From Candidatus Kapaibacterium sp. (lineage in GTDB: Bacteria > Bacteroidota > Ignavibacteria > Kapaibacteriales > UBA2268): a stretch of 64,000 bases of DNA. Under the pieces are notes generated by a model that saw only the letters and a list, made by a program, of their open reading frames with translations, ran no database searches and was not told the DNA's origin. The stretch is from contig CP058732.1 of NCBI GenBank assembly GCA_013414795.1, forward strand, positions 2,331,737 through 2,395,736. The letters run 5' to 3'. Shown piece after piece: positions 1 to 10,453 of the stretch; position 1 is the first letter of the stretch, and each line of letters begins with the position of its first letter. The translations under genes were made by a program, and so were the position numbers.

Positions 1-381
1 CATAGTTTTGCTATATCTGGTGGAAAAGCCTTCTCCATTTTTTAAAGCAAGTTGGATTTCAGTCCGATAAAGATGATTGTCGAGTTTCGCTTCGTTCTTT
101 CTGGTTTCAATCAACACCAAGCCATTTGAATCAATTATTGTAAATCGGACATCTATCAAACTATCTATTTGAAATAAAATTTTTTTTAAATTTTTAATTT
201 CAGAAGTATCAAGTGGAGTTAAATTCTTTTCAATGACTTTCGTGAAACGAGATAGTTCTTGGATTTGAAAATCAATAAAAAACTTCTTGAAAGTTGCAAG
301 AGTTTGGTACAAAAGAACAATTGAGAAAATTGAAATAACCGCTATGATGGATGCAAAAACTATCGTAGAGTATCGTTTCAT
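1..381 (-). CDS. sensor histidine kinase, N-terminal part (truncated at window edge)
   Basis: Manual reverse translation from the ATG at 381-379 gives MKRYSTIVFASIIAVISIFSIVLLYQTLATFKKFF..., an N-terminal TM helix followed by a soluble region. The start overlaps the stop of the upstream OmpR-type regulator by 4 nt (ATGA). This is the classic RR-HK operon arrangement. The catalytic domains lie outside the window, so the call is positional. Confidence 0.4.
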   Translation of the reverse strand, partial: MKRYSTIVFASIIAVISIFSIVLLYQTLATFKKFFIDFQIQELSRFTKVIEKNLTPLDTSEIKNLKKILFQIDSLIDVRFTIIDSNGLVLIETRKNEAKLDNHLYRTEIQLALKNGEGFSTRYSKTM

Positions 382-1094
382 CAATCTTCTGTTATTTTAT
401 ATCCTACGCCTCGGACATTTTTGATGAAATTCCCTGCGGGTCCTAATTTTTCACGCAAATTTTTTATGTGGACATCGACAGTTCGGTCCAGAACACCTTT
501 TTCGCTCGACCCAAGTTCGTCGAGGATTGCTTCACGGGAGTATACCCATCCTTTTCTTTTTAACAGAAGCGTCAATATCTTGAATTCACTTGGAGTTAGG
601 TCAACTTTAACATTATCGACAAAAACTTCGAACTTCTTCAAATCGATTTTTAATATGTTGCCAAAAATGATGATGCTTGGTTGCTCTTCCTTTCTTTCTC
701 GTCGAAGAACTGCTTTTACCCGAGCAACTAATTCACGTGGTGAAAACGGCTTGGTTACGTAATCGTCGGCTCCAAGTTCCAAACCAAGCACTTTTTCCAT
801 TTCATCGCTTCTTGCGGTAAGAATTATTATTGGAATATGCTTAAAATTGTCATCTTTTTTCAAATTCTTGCAAACTTCCATTCCATCAGCATCTGGAAGC
901 ATTAGGTCGAGAATAATTAAATCGGGCAATTCGGTGTTCAAGTATCGATAGAAAGAAGAAATATCGTAAAATTCACGCACCTTGAAGTTGTGTTTTCGCA
1001 AGTGCAATGAAACAAGTTCCAAAATATCGCTTTCATCCTCGATAACAGCAATAGTCTGTTCGATTGCCGATTGTAGATTTTTCTTTGTTTCCAT
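381..1094 (-). CDS. OmpR/PhoB-family two-component response regulator
   Basis: N-terminal receiver domain (IEDESDI...LDLMLPDADG...ADDYVTKPF) and C-terminal winged-helix DNA-binding domain (LTPSEFKILTLL...VRGVGYKI). Confidence 0.85.
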   Translation of the reverse strand: METKKNLQSAIEQTIAVIEDESDILELVSLHLRKHNFKVREFYDISSFYRYLNTELPDLIILDLMLPDADGMEVCKNLKKDDNFKHIPIIILTARSDEMEKVLGLELGADDYVTKPFSPRELVARVKAVLRRERKEEQPSIIIFGNILKIDLKKFEVFVDNVKVDLTPSEFKILTLLLKRKGWVYSREAILDELGSSEKGVLDRTVDVHIKNLREKLGPAGNFIKNVRGVGYKITED

Positions 1095-1184
1095 AAAATC
1101 TTTTAGAAAAAAACAAAATTAACTGAATTATGTTAAGAATTTCTTAAGAGATTGAAATAGATAGAATTGAAATGGGGAAACTCA

Positions 1185-1769
1185 TTACTTGTTGACATCA
1201 ACATATTCTTTGGTCAATTGACCATTCGGAAGAACCATTGGATAATCGGGCACAATCAATCCATTTTTGATTTTGCGAAGTTTGTTTTGTATCAATGTCC
1301 GACGAAATGGGGAAATTCTTTCGAAAAACAATATTCCATTCAAATGGTCAATTTCGTGTTGCAAGACCCGAGCAAGTAAACCATTTGCAAACAGATTTTG
1401 CTCTTTTCCATTAATGTCCACAAATCGAAGTTGTATTTCGGTTGGTCGAACCACATCTTCCCTTAACTCGGGGACAGACAAACATCCCTCGTTGAATTCT
1501 TCCTCTTCATCGCTGAAAGCAAGAATTTCTGGGTTTAAATAGGCTTGTTTAGGATGTACCAACTTATCGTTTTCATCGTAAATATCTCCAACCACAAGTA
1601 AAGATACGGATTTCCCGACTTGGTTCGCAGCAAGTCCAATACCTTCGGCATATTGCATTGTTTCGAACATATCGTTGACAAGATTAACGATACCATCGTC
1701 GATGTTTTCGACTGGTTGTGTTTTTGTCTTCAAAATCGGATGAAACGCATTGTAAATTGGCAATATCAT
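1185..1769 (-). CDS. def: peptide deformylase
   Basis: The three Def motifs are present: GIGLAANQ, EGCLSVP and QHEIDHLNG. Confidence 0.9.
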   Translation of the reverse strand: MILPIYNAFHPILKTKTQPVENIDDGIVNLVNDMFETMQYAEGIGLAANQVGKSVSLLVVGDIYDENDKLVHPKQAYLNPEILAFSDEEEEFNEGCLSVPELREDVVRPTEIQLRFVDINGKEQNLFANGLLARVLQHEIDHLNGILFFERISPFRRTLIQNKLRKIKNGLIVPDYPMVLPNGQLTKEYVDVNK

Positions 1770-1819
1770 TTTTAAATGTACCTTTAAAAAATTATTAACG
1801 AAACTTAAAATTAATTATT

Positions 1820-2239
1820 TCAATTCTCTTTATCTTCAAAAGTTTTAGGCTCCCAATCGACTCCACCACAAGGAATATAGTCCTCGGAAATATGTTCGTC
1901 GTAGAGTTTGCACAATTGGCTTGTTTCATCAAAATGAATACATTGTCCGCAAAGTGTCGATTCGCTCACCTCCTTCAAATGTTCCTTGTAGAATTGGAAC
2001 TGCTTCCAGCCAGGATACGCAGCAAATAACCACAATAGAAGAAGCATTAACCACCAATACTTCCGATTGTCAATTATGCTCATAAATATAAAACTTGCAA
2101 AAATAATTATCGCACTTCGTAACAAAACACCCCAAACGATTGAACCAGTTGTAATAACTGGTACAACCTTACCATCTTCTTGATGTTCCAAGCCTATTCG
2201 GAACATCAAAATGTCCAGTATTTTATTCAATATTTCCAT
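1820..2239 (-). CDS. hypothetical small membrane protein with C-terminal Cys cluster
   Basis: Two hydrophobic helices followed by CGQC...C...CGG. No family recognised. Confidence 0.4.
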   Translation of the reverse strand: MEILNKILDILMFRIGLEHQEDGKVVPVITTGSIVWGVLLRSAIIIFASFIFMSIIDNRKYWWLMLLLLWLFAAYPGWKQFQFYKEHLKEVSESTLCGQCIHFDETSQLCKLYDEHISEDYIPCGGVDWEPKTFEDKEN

Positions 2240-2321
2240 TTTATTCCCAGTAACATATGCAAAACTAATAGAAGTTTACGAAAATTTCTTAATTTTGAAT
2301 TTTATTTATTTGGCAAGGCTT

Positions 2322-4394
2322 ATGAAAGTCAACCGATTTCTATTGTCTTGGGTTATAATTGTAGGAATATTTTTCATTTGTTCCAGTTCTTATTCACAGA
2401 AAAAAGCAAAAAATTCAAAACCAATTAAGAACGTTGAAGAAACAGTTATTGCAACAGTTGGTTCCGAAAATATTACTTTCGCCGACCTTGAAAAAGCATA
2501 TTCAAAAAATCTTGCCAAAAAGAATTCACCTCTTTATTCACTTCCCAAAGATAGTTTGATGGATTTTCTGAACCTTTACGTCCGATATCGACTAAAAGTA
2601 AACGATGCTTTGGCACGTGGTTTGGATAAAGATTCTGCAACGAGAGAAGAAATACGCAACAATCGTCGCTTGCTTGCCGAAACTTATTTCTTCGAAAAAG
2701 AATTGGTCAATCCCAATGTTGAAAAAATGCTCCGCTACAGAGATTGGGAAGCACAGATTTCATATATCTTTGTTCAATTTCCCGCCGACAATCCAGACAC
2801 GCTCCCTACATATAAACGAGCGATGAAATTAATAGATATGCTAAAAAACGGGGCAGATTTCGCCAAACTTGCAAAAGATTCTTCCAACGACCGTGAATCC
2901 GCCGAACGTGGTGGACTTGTCTTGAACTATTTCACTGGTGGGAAGGTTCAAAGGCAAATCGAAGACGCAGTTTTTTCCTTAAAACCTGGTGAGTTCTATC
3001 CTTACCCAATTAAGACTAAATTTGGATATTTCATCGTTAAATTAAACAAACTTCAACCAAGGGTAAAAGTTAAGGGTCGCCACATCCTTATTGCAATTAC
3101 TCCCGATAGAGATTCTACTTCTGCATTCAAAAAGGCGGACAGTTTATACAACCTCCTCAAGGCGGGCGTCGATTTCAGCATTCTTGCCGAGGAGAATTCG
3201 GACGACCCGCAATCTTCAATGCGTGGTGGAGATTTCGGTGGTTGGTATTCCCGTTCAGGCGGACTTGAACCTTCGGGGAAGTTTTTCACTTCTTCTTTCG
3301 AGGATGCACTTTTTAATTTGAAAGACGGGGAAATTTCACAACCCGTTCGCACAGAATATGGATTCCATATAATTCGCAGAGATTCAACAAGCAAATTTAA
3401 CAAAGACGAGGACCGAGAGGACTTGAAGCGAACCTATAAAAGACTTTATTTTGAAACAGACAAAAAAGAACTAATCGAAAAATTGCAAAAAAATTATGGA
3501 TTTTTTGTCAACGAAGGTATTTTAAGCAAACTTTTATCTTCTGTCGATACAACCAAAACAGTTTTGGACACTGCTTGGTTCAAAAGTATCCCAACAGATA
3601 TAAAAAATGAAGTACTCTTTGGTATTCTCAACAAGTTGTACACCGTTGGAGAATTTGTCAATATTCTCAAAAGTAAAAGTGAATTTAGAACTACGGCACT
3701 AACTCGGGCTGGCTTGCTAAATGCAATTGATAGAGTTGTTCGTCCAGTCGTTTTAGATAAAGCCACTGAAAACCTCGAAAGCCAAATTCCCGAATTTGCC
3801 TCAATTGTTAAAGAATTTAGTGATGGAATTTTGCTTTTCAAGGTTGAAGCACTTGAAGTTTGGGATAAGTTGAAATTCGACACGACATTTGCACGCCAAT
3901 ATTGGGAAAAGAACAAATCGAAATATAAGACCTATCCAGTTTACGATGTCCACGAAATTTATGTTATGAACGATTCACTCGCAAGGGTTATATACGAAAA
4001 ATTAACCAAAGAAGGAGCAAATTTCGAGGATTTGGCAGGTCAATACACACAAAGAGCAAACTTCCGAGAAAAGAAAGGATATTGGGGAAAAATCTCCACC
4101 AAGGACAATAACCTTGCACGAAAACTTCACGAAATGAATGCCCAAGAAGGAAGTATTATTGGTCCAATAAAATACGACGATGGTTTTTCCATAGTCAGAG
4201 TAAATAAATACGAACCCGAACGAGAGAAAACATTCGAGGAGGCAATTCCAGATTTTGCCACCGATGTACAAGAAATTTTGCAAAAGCAACTGCTGGAAAA
4301 TTGGCTCGCACAAGCCAAAAAGAGAATTCCAGTTAAAATCTACGAACAAAAACTTATGTCTGTTGTTAGTACCTTGAAAAAACAAAACAAATAA
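2322..4394 (+). CDS. SurA/PpiD-like peptidyl-prolyl cis-trans isomerase with multiple parvulin domains
   Basis: Parvulin (PpiC) signatures such as GGDFGGWYSRSG...EYGFHII and GGLVLNYFTGG...FGYFIVKL. An N-terminal signal or anchor follows the internal Met at 2322 (MKVNRFLLSWVIIVGIFF). The upstream ATG at 2211 would overlap the convergent gene. Confidence 0.8.
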   Translation: MKVNRFLLSWVIIVGIFFICSSSYSQKKAKNSKPIKNVEETVIATVGSENITFADLEKAYSKNLAKKNSPLYSLPKDSLMDFLNLYVRYRLKVNDALARGLDKDSATREEIRNNRRLLAETYFFEKELVNPNVEKMLRYRDWEAQISYIFVQFPADNPDTLPTYKRAMKLIDMLKNGADFAKLAKDSSNDRESAERGGLVLNYFTGGKVQRQIEDAVFSLKPGEFYPYPIKTKFGYFIVKLNKLQPRVKVKGRHILIAITPDRDSTSAFKKADSLYNLLKAGVDFSILAEENSDDPQSSMRGGDFGGWYSRSGGLEPSGKFFTSSFEDALFNLKDGEISQPVRTEYGFHIIRRDSTSKFNKDEDREDLKRTYKRLYFETDKKELIEKLQKNYGFFVNEGILSKLLSSVDTTKTVLDTAWFKSIPTDIKNEVLFGILNKLYTVGEFVNILKSKSEFRTTALTRAGLLNAIDRVVRPVVLDKATENLESQIPEFASIVKEFSDGILLFKVEALEVWDKLKFDTTFARQYWEKNKSKYKTYPVYDVHEIYVMNDSLARVIYEKLTKEGANFEDLAGQYTQRANFREKKGYWGKISTKDNNLARKLHEMNAQEGSIIGPIKYDDGFSIVRVNKYEPEREKTFEEAIPDFATDVQEILQKQLLENWLAQAKKRIPVKIYEQKLMSVVSTLKKQNK

Positions 4395-4402
4395 CTTTTA
4401 TA

Positions 4403-5686
4403 ATGAAGAAACCACTTTTATTGCTCTTTTTTGTCTTTTTCATTGTCACCAACGCATTTCCTCAAAACGTTGGTGAACCTTTAGACAAGATTGTCGCTAT
4501 TGTTGGCGACGAAATGATATTGCTTTCTGACGTAACTGCACAACTTCAAGTTCTTGCTCAACAAGACCCACGCATTGACCCAAACAACCCAACGACACAA
4601 AGACAAATACTCGACCAGTTGATAAACGAGAAATTGGTTCTAATTAAAGCCAAGGAGGATTCGATTACAGTAACAGACGAAGAAATCGACCAACAATGGG
4701 ATTTCCGATTGAAGGCTCTCATCCAACATTACGGTTCAGAGAAAAGAATCGAAGACATCTATGGGATGTCTATCCCAAGACTTAAATCCGAATACCGAGA
4801 CGAAATCCGAAAATTTCTTCTCACCGAGAAAATGAAAGAAAAAAAGTTTGGCAATATCAAAGTGAGCGAACGAGAGGTTAATGAATTCTACGAACTATAT
4901 AAGGATTCGCTTCCAACATTACCCGAGCAAGTGGAACTTTACCACATTGTGAAGAACCTCGTTGCACCAGAAGAGATTCGTCGGCAAAAGTTTGAACTTG
5001 CAAAGAAAGTTCGTGATTCCATCATTCAAACTGGGGATTTTGTTCGATTTGTAAAGTTGTATAGCGACGACATATCATCAGTAAACTCGGGCGGGGAACT
5101 TGGTTGGGTTCCACGAGGGAGATTTTTCCCAGAATTCGAACAAGCCGCATTCAATTTGCAATTGCGAGAAGTTTCGCCTCCAATTGAAACCCCTTTGGGA
5201 TTTCACATTATCCAACTTCTTGGAAAAAGCAAGGACTCCATACTCGTTCGTCACATTTTGTTTAAAATCACTCCAAGCGAAGAGGAAATTCTCAAAACAA
5301 AAAACACACTGGATTCTATCCGAACACTTTTCTATAAAGGGACGCCATTCGAAGAACTTGCCAAAAAGTTTTCTGACGAAACCGAAACATCTGGTGCTGG
5401 CGGGTTTCTTGGTCGATTTCCCATTGAGACGCTTCCAGAAAATATACGCAGCATTGTTGATACTTTGCAAGTTGGAGAAGTCTCTGCCCCAGTTCTTTAT
5501 AAAACACATCCTTACGAATCGTATCATATCATTTACAAAAAACGGGTAATTCCGCCGCACAAACCAACTCCTCAAACAGACTACCGAGAACTCGAACAAC
5601 TTTGCGTTACATACAAGCAAAACAAATTGTACCTTGAATGGATTAACGAACTTCGAAAGACAATTTATTGGGAAATTGTTCAATAA
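4403..5686 (+). CDS. SurA-like periplasmic chaperone/peptidyl-prolyl isomerase
   Basis: Signal peptide MKKPLLLLFFVFFIVTNAF, a SurA-N-like region, and two parvulin domains (GGELGWVPRGRFFPEFE...LGFHIIQL; GGFLGRFPIE...). Tandem with the preceding parvulin gene. Confidence 0.8.
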   Translation: MKKPLLLLFFVFFIVTNAFPQNVGEPLDKIVAIVGDEMILLSDVTAQLQVLAQQDPRIDPNNPTTQRQILDQLINEKLVLIKAKEDSITVTDEEIDQQWDFRLKALIQHYGSEKRIEDIYGMSIPRLKSEYRDEIRKFLLTEKMKEKKFGNIKVSEREVNEFYELYKDSLPTLPEQVELYHIVKNLVAPEEIRRQKFELAKKVRDSIIQTGDFVRFVKLYSDDISSVNSGGELGWVPRGRFFPEFEQAAFNLQLREVSPPIETPLGFHIIQLLGKSKDSILVRHILFKITPSEEEILKTKNTLDSIRTLFYKGTPFEELAKKFSDETETSGAGGFLGRFPIETLPENIRSIVDTLQVGEVSAPVLYKTHPYESYHIIYKKRVIPPHKPTPQTDYRELEQLCVTYKQNKLYLEWINELRKTIYWEIVQ

Positions 5687-5716
5687 AAGTTTTGCGTACA
5701 ACATCGGGCAAATATT

Positions 5717-6634
5717 TTGAACGAGTTAGGCAAAAGAATTTTAGTCGCAGTTATTGGTATTCCCATTACTTTATTGGTAATCTATGTTGGTGGAATTTTA
5801 TTCTTCTTTGTAATTCTTTTGCTTGCCAATCTGACGCTTTTTGAATTTTACAAACTTGCCAATCGTAAGAACATTAATCCATTCATTTTTGTTGGGCTCG
5901 CTTGCAATACTATTATTTTGATTTTCTATTACTTTATCCTACAAAATTCATTCGTTCTGAACAAATCTCTCTTCACAATCGTCTTGTTATTTTTCGTTGC
6001 TTTGCTACCAGCAACGCTTCTTTTCTTCCAAGTTTGGAACAAAAAACCAAATACTACGGTCAACGTCGCATACACAATTTTGGGGATTTTTTGGATTGCT
6101 TTTGTATTTTCGGCAATTCTTACAGTTCGATTCCTTCCAGATTATTTGAAACTTTTTGAAAAGGCAGAAGTTTTCAATTTAAACTATGACTTTTTAGGTC
6201 TTACCTTTCAAATCGACAACCTCTGGTCTGCAAAATTTTTTATTGTAATACTTGGAACAATTTGGCTTTGCGACACATTTGCATATTTTTTTGGAAGTGC
6301 TTTTGGTAAACACAAACTCGCCCCGACAACCAGCCCGAAAAAAAGTTGGGAAGGTGCAATTGCTGGTTTCATCGGTTCAATTATAAGTTTTTCGATATTA
6401 GATTGGCTATTCAAATTGAATTTTTCCTCTGGCTATCAATTACTTTTTGCTTCAATTGTGGGAATCATTGGTCAAATCGGCGACCTTGCAGAATCCAAAA
6501 TCAAGCGTGAGTACAATGTCAAGGACAGTTCCAATATCCTTCCTGGGCACGGCGGTTTCCTCGACCGACTCGACAGCATTATGTTCGTCTTTCCAGCAAC
6601 AATCTTGATAATTACTTTAATTGCTTTATTTTAA
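5717..6634 (+). CDS. cdsA: phosphatidate cytidylyltransferase
   Basis: Polytopic membrane protein with the CdsA C-terminal signature KSWEGAIAGFIGS...GHGGFLDRLDS. Confidence 0.85.
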   Translation: MNELGKRILVAVIGIPITLLVIYVGGILFFFVILLLANLTLFEFYKLANRKNINPFIFVGLACNTIILIFYYFILQNSFVLNKSLFTIVLLFFVALLPATLLFFQVWNKKPNTTVNVAYTILGIFWIAFVFSAILTVRFLPDYLKLFEKAEVFNLNYDFLGLTFQIDNLWSAKFFIVILGTIWLCDTFAYFFGSAFGKHKLAPTTSPKKSWEGAIAGFIGSIISFSILDWLFKLNFSSGYQLLFASIVGIIGQIGDLAESKIKREYNVKDSSNILPGHGGFLDRLDSIMFVFPATILIITLIALF

Positions 6635-6711
6635 AAATAATTTCGAAAAAATTTACAAAACAAAAGTAAATCATTCCTCTACTTTAAGTGTTTCTTACTT
6701 TAAAGATTTGG

Positions 6712-7416
6712 TTATTCGTTCTCGTTGCTTTTCTCTTCAACTTCTCGAATACGATAGCCTACTCCTCGTATACTTTGTATCAGTTGAGGAGCATTTGGGT
6801 CGGTTTCAATCTTCTCACGAAGTCTTTTAATGTATACATCAATAATGTTTGATTCTGGGTCGAAGGAATGTTTCCAAACGTGTTGCAAAATACTGCTTCG
6901 GCTAACAATTCTGTTCTTGTTGCGCATCAAATATTCTAAAAGTGCATATTCTTTGGTAGTCAATTCAATTTCTTTGCCGCCACGGTAGGCAAAATGGGTA
7001 ACTGTGTCGAGTATCAAATCGCCACATTGAAGTTTGGTAGATTTTTCTGGACCAGAACGACGCAAAATAGAACGCAAACGTGCAGTGAGTTCCTCGAAAC
7101 TAAAAGGCTTGGGCAAATAATCGTCTGCACCTAAATCGAGCCCCAAAACTCTATCCTCGGTGGCTCCCCGAGCAGTTAACATCATAATCGGAACGGAAAT
7201 TCCAGCGTTTCGCAATTCACGGACAATAGTGAAGCCATCGATTCCTGGCAACATAACATCGAGCAGAATAGCGTCGTAGTGATTGTTCATTGCAAGTTCC
7301 AAGCCCTTTTTACCATCGTTAGCAACTTCGACGATATACTTTTCCTCTTCCAAGCCGTGTTTAATAAAATTAGCAAGTTTTTTCTCGTCTTCGACAACAA
7401 GAATTCGCATACGCAA
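6712..7416 (-). CDS. OmpR-family response regulator (no adjacent kinase)
   Basis: Receiver domain (ILVVEDEKKLANF...LDVMLPGIDG...ADDYLPKPF) plus a winged-helix output (LTTKEYALLEYL...IRGVGYRI). It lies 17 nt downstream of the large T9SS cargo gene. Confidence 0.85.
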   Translation of the reverse strand: MRMRILVVEDEKKLANFIKHGLEEEKYIVEVANDGKKGLELAMNNHYDAILLDVMLPGIDGFTIVRELRNAGISVPIMMLTARGATEDRVLGLDLGADDYLPKPFSFEELTARLRSILRRSGPEKSTKLQCGDLILDTVTHFAYRGGKEIELTTKEYALLEYLMRNKNRIVSRSSILQHVWKHSFDPESNIIDVYIKRLREKIETDPNAPQLIQSIRGVGYRIREVEEKSNENE

Positions 7417-7433
7417 TCAAAAATTTAATATTA

Positions 7434-10343
7434 TTACTTTACGAAAATAGAAAAAATTTCTTTATCTCCGTTCGATGTTTCAAGCAAAATATAATATAAG
7501 CCAGGGTCGACAACTCGATTGTTAAAATTAGTTCCGTCCCAGAAAACACAATAATATGTTTCTCGGGTGCGTGGGGCATTTTCCAGCAAAGTTTTAACTA
7601 TTCGGTTGGCTTGGTCGACAATCTTGATAGTAACATCAGAATCTACTTTCAAAATGAAACTAACTTCCGCTTGTTCAGTGAACGGATTGAATGGATTTGG
7701 TGAGACTGCATTGATAATGCTTGGTTTACTAATGAATATTGTCGTGTCGGCGACAAGACACTCTTTGGAACAAACAAAACGAAAAGCAATCTTGTCGGGA
7801 AATGTTCTTTGTTGTTCAAATGAATAAACTCCACTTTTTGCATCCAAGTCAGCAATTTTTTTAAATGTAACACCGCCGTCGATTGAAAACAAGACTGAAA
7901 GCGTGTCGCAATTTGGAAGGACATTCCAACGAAAATATTTTGTGCAACACAAAGTATTCGAGGAATCGTATGTAATTGTAAACTGTTCTGGTTTAACCGA
8001 CTTCAAGACTACTGCCGAAGTGTCTTTGTAATCAAATCTTGAATAAATGGCTCTAAATGGCACCTTAGCACTCAGCATAGAAGAAGAATAATCAAAAATT
8101 GGCAAGCAAGGTAGAGTTATCAAACGGGTTTCGTTTGCTTGGGGTTTGAGAATAGTTAGAATATCAAACCATTGTTTACCGTCGATAGAGTATTGCAGTA
8201 ACAAAGTGTCCACGCATAGAGTCGAGAAACTAACGGTTGCATTCGTATAAACATCAATTTGTTGCAAGACTGCTTGGTCGAAAAAAACATTGGGAGCGTT
8301 AAATTGAAAAACACCAGTTGAGTCGAAAACTTGTGTAGCATCTAAAGAATTCTCAATGTACAATATACCAACTTGCCCAAGCAATTGACGACTAACACCG
8401 ATTTTTACCAAAGTGGTTTCTCTATCAATACGAACATTGTTCTGTAAAATGAAAGATTTAGAATATTGGTTTTGGTTGTTTACTCTTGGAACAAATCGAA
8501 CATTGACCGTGTTGTCAGTTTTGGATTTGGATTTAATTGTCAAAAATAGAGTATCGCCGAAGCAAAATTCTTTAATCGAGAATTCATCAAACCTTGGGTC
8601 GACAACTTCTATTAATTTTGGCAATGGGCTTCCAATTAAATAAAGATAATTATTAGTTACCACTACGATATCATTTTTCCCATCTCCATCAACATCAGAA
8701 ACGATTGCCTCCATTATTGTTTCATTTGGAAAATCCTTTATAAAAAGGGTATCGAATGGTTTCCCTAACTTAAAATCAAACGAGTTGTAATCACGCAACT
8801 GCACTATCAAAAGCCTTGAACCATCGACCAGAACAATTTCATCCTTCCCATTTGGTGCACCATCGATGTCATTCACCGAAGCCACCCAACCACTTATACT
8901 TGCAGTGCAGATAGTATCGAATGGAAAAAGAAAGGAGTTTGGTGGATTTGGCTTTGGAATCGGTTTCATTTCGTTATAACGAAGTACCAGCAACTTATTC
9001 CCAGCAACAGAGCCGAACTTTGAACTATATGTTACAATAATCTCTTTCCCAGGATTGTTTGGAAAGTATGGTGGAAAAGAATTTGCCGAGTTTCCATCTA
9101 CATTACCGACCGCAATAGACCACGAGTGGTTGTTTTTACCAACAAAAGAAGGCGAAATAAGATCTCCTGGTAAAGTTATCGCATTTCCATTGCCATCGAA
9201 TAGATGTAATCTTGCTTGACCAAATGAAGAATCTATTCCAAGATATTCTTCTGCAACGAGTAAATATAGAGAATCATTTGTTAACGAGTTGTTCAAAGTA
9301 ACAAAGAATGGACGAACTCTTGGTCTTTTACCGTTTCCGTCAAGTATTGAACTTAATTCCAATGGTTGAAACTTTTGGCGAATCTGATTATTCAAAAGGG
9401 TGTAACCAAGAAGGTAGCATTTCGTTGGGTTGGTTCTATCCAGCGAAATATTGCAAGGAACATTAACATCTGGACCCAAAGAAGCAAAGTTTGGCACAGC
9501 AACATAGAAATTTCCCCCTTCTTGAAAAATTGAGGGCGGAGTAATAGAAACTTCTGGTCCGACAGTTACCCGAAAAATTTGATTATCTGTAATATCTGGC
9601 ATTGGAAAAGTGTACAAAACATTGTTAGATGGAAAGACAGAAAATCCACGGAAGAATTCTGGTGTAGAAGGATTAGTGTCCTTCGCAATGGGATTGTAAA
9701 TATTTGTAGTGGAATAAACCAAAAAATCGCTTCCCAAGCGACGTGCAAAGAAAGGTTTCATAGAGCCGAAAACATTTGGCTTATATTGTCGCATATCAAG
9801 CACCAGCCTTTTAAGCAATGCAATCGTATCGGCTTTGGAATCATACCCAGCAATGTATGTATAAATCAATGTGTCCTTTGGGTTTTCAAACTCAATAGTC
9901 TCCAAACCAAGAACCAAAGTCGAAGTCGGATTGGGATAGTAAGTTGTCGACAAAGTATCGAACAAAACTGAAATATTTTTTACATATTGGAAACCAAATG
10001 TATTGGTTTTATGTGTGAATCCTTTACCATCTACAACAACAACTTTACCACCGACAACTGCAACAATTTCATTTGGAGCATAGGGGAAAGTATCATCAAT
10101 TTTGGCGGTGTCACGAATGATGTTCCCGACGAGGGCTTGAACGTCGCCAGCAATGGATTTATTTCGCCATTTAACAATGAATTGGCTTACATCTTGAGTA
10201 AAAGAAGGAATTTGTTGGTAACGAGTACCTTGTGCATTTCCATTTGGAAATAACCAGACAGCGGGACTTGTAGGAAATGTTTGTGAATAAGTTAGGTAAA
10301 AAGAACTGGCTAATAATAACCAAAAAAATATCTTTCGTATCAT
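7434..10343 (-). CDS. large secreted protein with FG-GAP/VCBS-like repeats and T9SS C-terminal sorting domain
   Basis: About 970 aa. The signal peptide follows the internal Met (MIRKIFFWLLLASSFYLTYSQ). It has integrin-like Asp-rich loops (VDGDGKNDIVVV, GAPNGKDEIVLVDG). The last roughly 90 aa (SPNPFNPFTEQAEVSFILKVDSDVTIKIVD...FWDGTNFNNRVVDPGLYYILLE...) match the Por/T9SS CTD pattern (FlgD-Ig-like). Confidence 0.7.
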   Translation of the reverse strand: MIRKIFFWLLLASSFYLTYSQTFPTSPAVWLFPNGNAQGTRYQQIPSFTQDVSQFIVKWRNKSIAGDVQALVGNIIRDTAKIDDTFPYAPNEIVAVVGGKVVVVDGKGFTHKTNTFGFQYVKNISVLFDTLSTTYYPNPTSTLVLGLETIEFENPKDTLIYTYIAGYDSKADTIALLKRLVLDMRQYKPNVFGSMKPFFARRLGSDFLVYSTTNIYNPIAKDTNPSTPEFFRGFSVFPSNNVLYTFPMPDITDNQIFRVTVGPEVSITPPSIFQEGGNFYVAVPNFASLGPDVNVPCNISLDRTNPTKCYLLGYTLLNNQIRQKFQPLELSSILDGNGKRPRVRPFFVTLNNSLTNDSLYLLVAEEYLGIDSSFGQARLHLFDGNGNAITLPGDLISPSFVGKNNHSWSIAVGNVDGNSANSFPPYFPNNPGKEIIVTYSSKFGSVAGNKLLVLRYNEMKPIPKPNPPNSFLFPFDTICTASISGWVASVNDIDGAPNGKDEIVLVDGSRLLIVQLRDYNSFDFKLGKPFDTLFIKDFPNETIMEAIVSDVDGDGKNDIVVVTNNYLYLIGSPLPKLIEVVDPRFDEFSIKEFCFGDTLFLTIKSKSKTDNTVNVRFVPRVNNQNQYSKSFILQNNVRIDRETTLVKIGVSRQLLGQVGILYIENSLDATQVFDSTGVFQFNAPNVFFDQAVLQQIDVYTNATVSFSTLCVDTLLLQYSIDGKQWFDILTILKPQANETRLITLPCLPIFDYSSSMLSAKVPFRAIYSRFDYKDTSAVVLKSVKPEQFTITYDSSNTLCCTKYFRWNVLPNCDTLSVLFSIDGGVTFKKIADLDAKSGVYSFEQQRTFPDKIAFRFVCSKECLVADTTIFISKPSIINAVSPNPFNPFTEQAEVSFILKVDSDVTIKIVDQANRIVKTLLENAPRTRETYYCVFWDGTNFNNRVVDPGLYYILLETSNGDKEIFSIFVK

Positions 10344-10453
10344 ATAGCCAACCATTTTAAAATATTTGGAAAATAATATACAAAACATCAAATGCAAAAT
10401 ACAAAAAAATTACATATACATAAATTGTACCAAACTCCTGGCGGGTACGATTA

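Noticed and set aside
421-762. 113-aa plus-strand ORF inside the response-regulator gene. Similar antisense ORFs lie inside pheT, clpC, the T9SS gene and others.
   Set aside because: Each is fully embedded antisense in a strongly supported conserved gene and has no recognisable motifs.
2211-2321. Upstream ATG at 2211 for the SurA-like gene
   Set aside because: It would add 37 non-signal residues and overlap the convergent gene. The Met at 2322 is followed by a proper signal or anchor.
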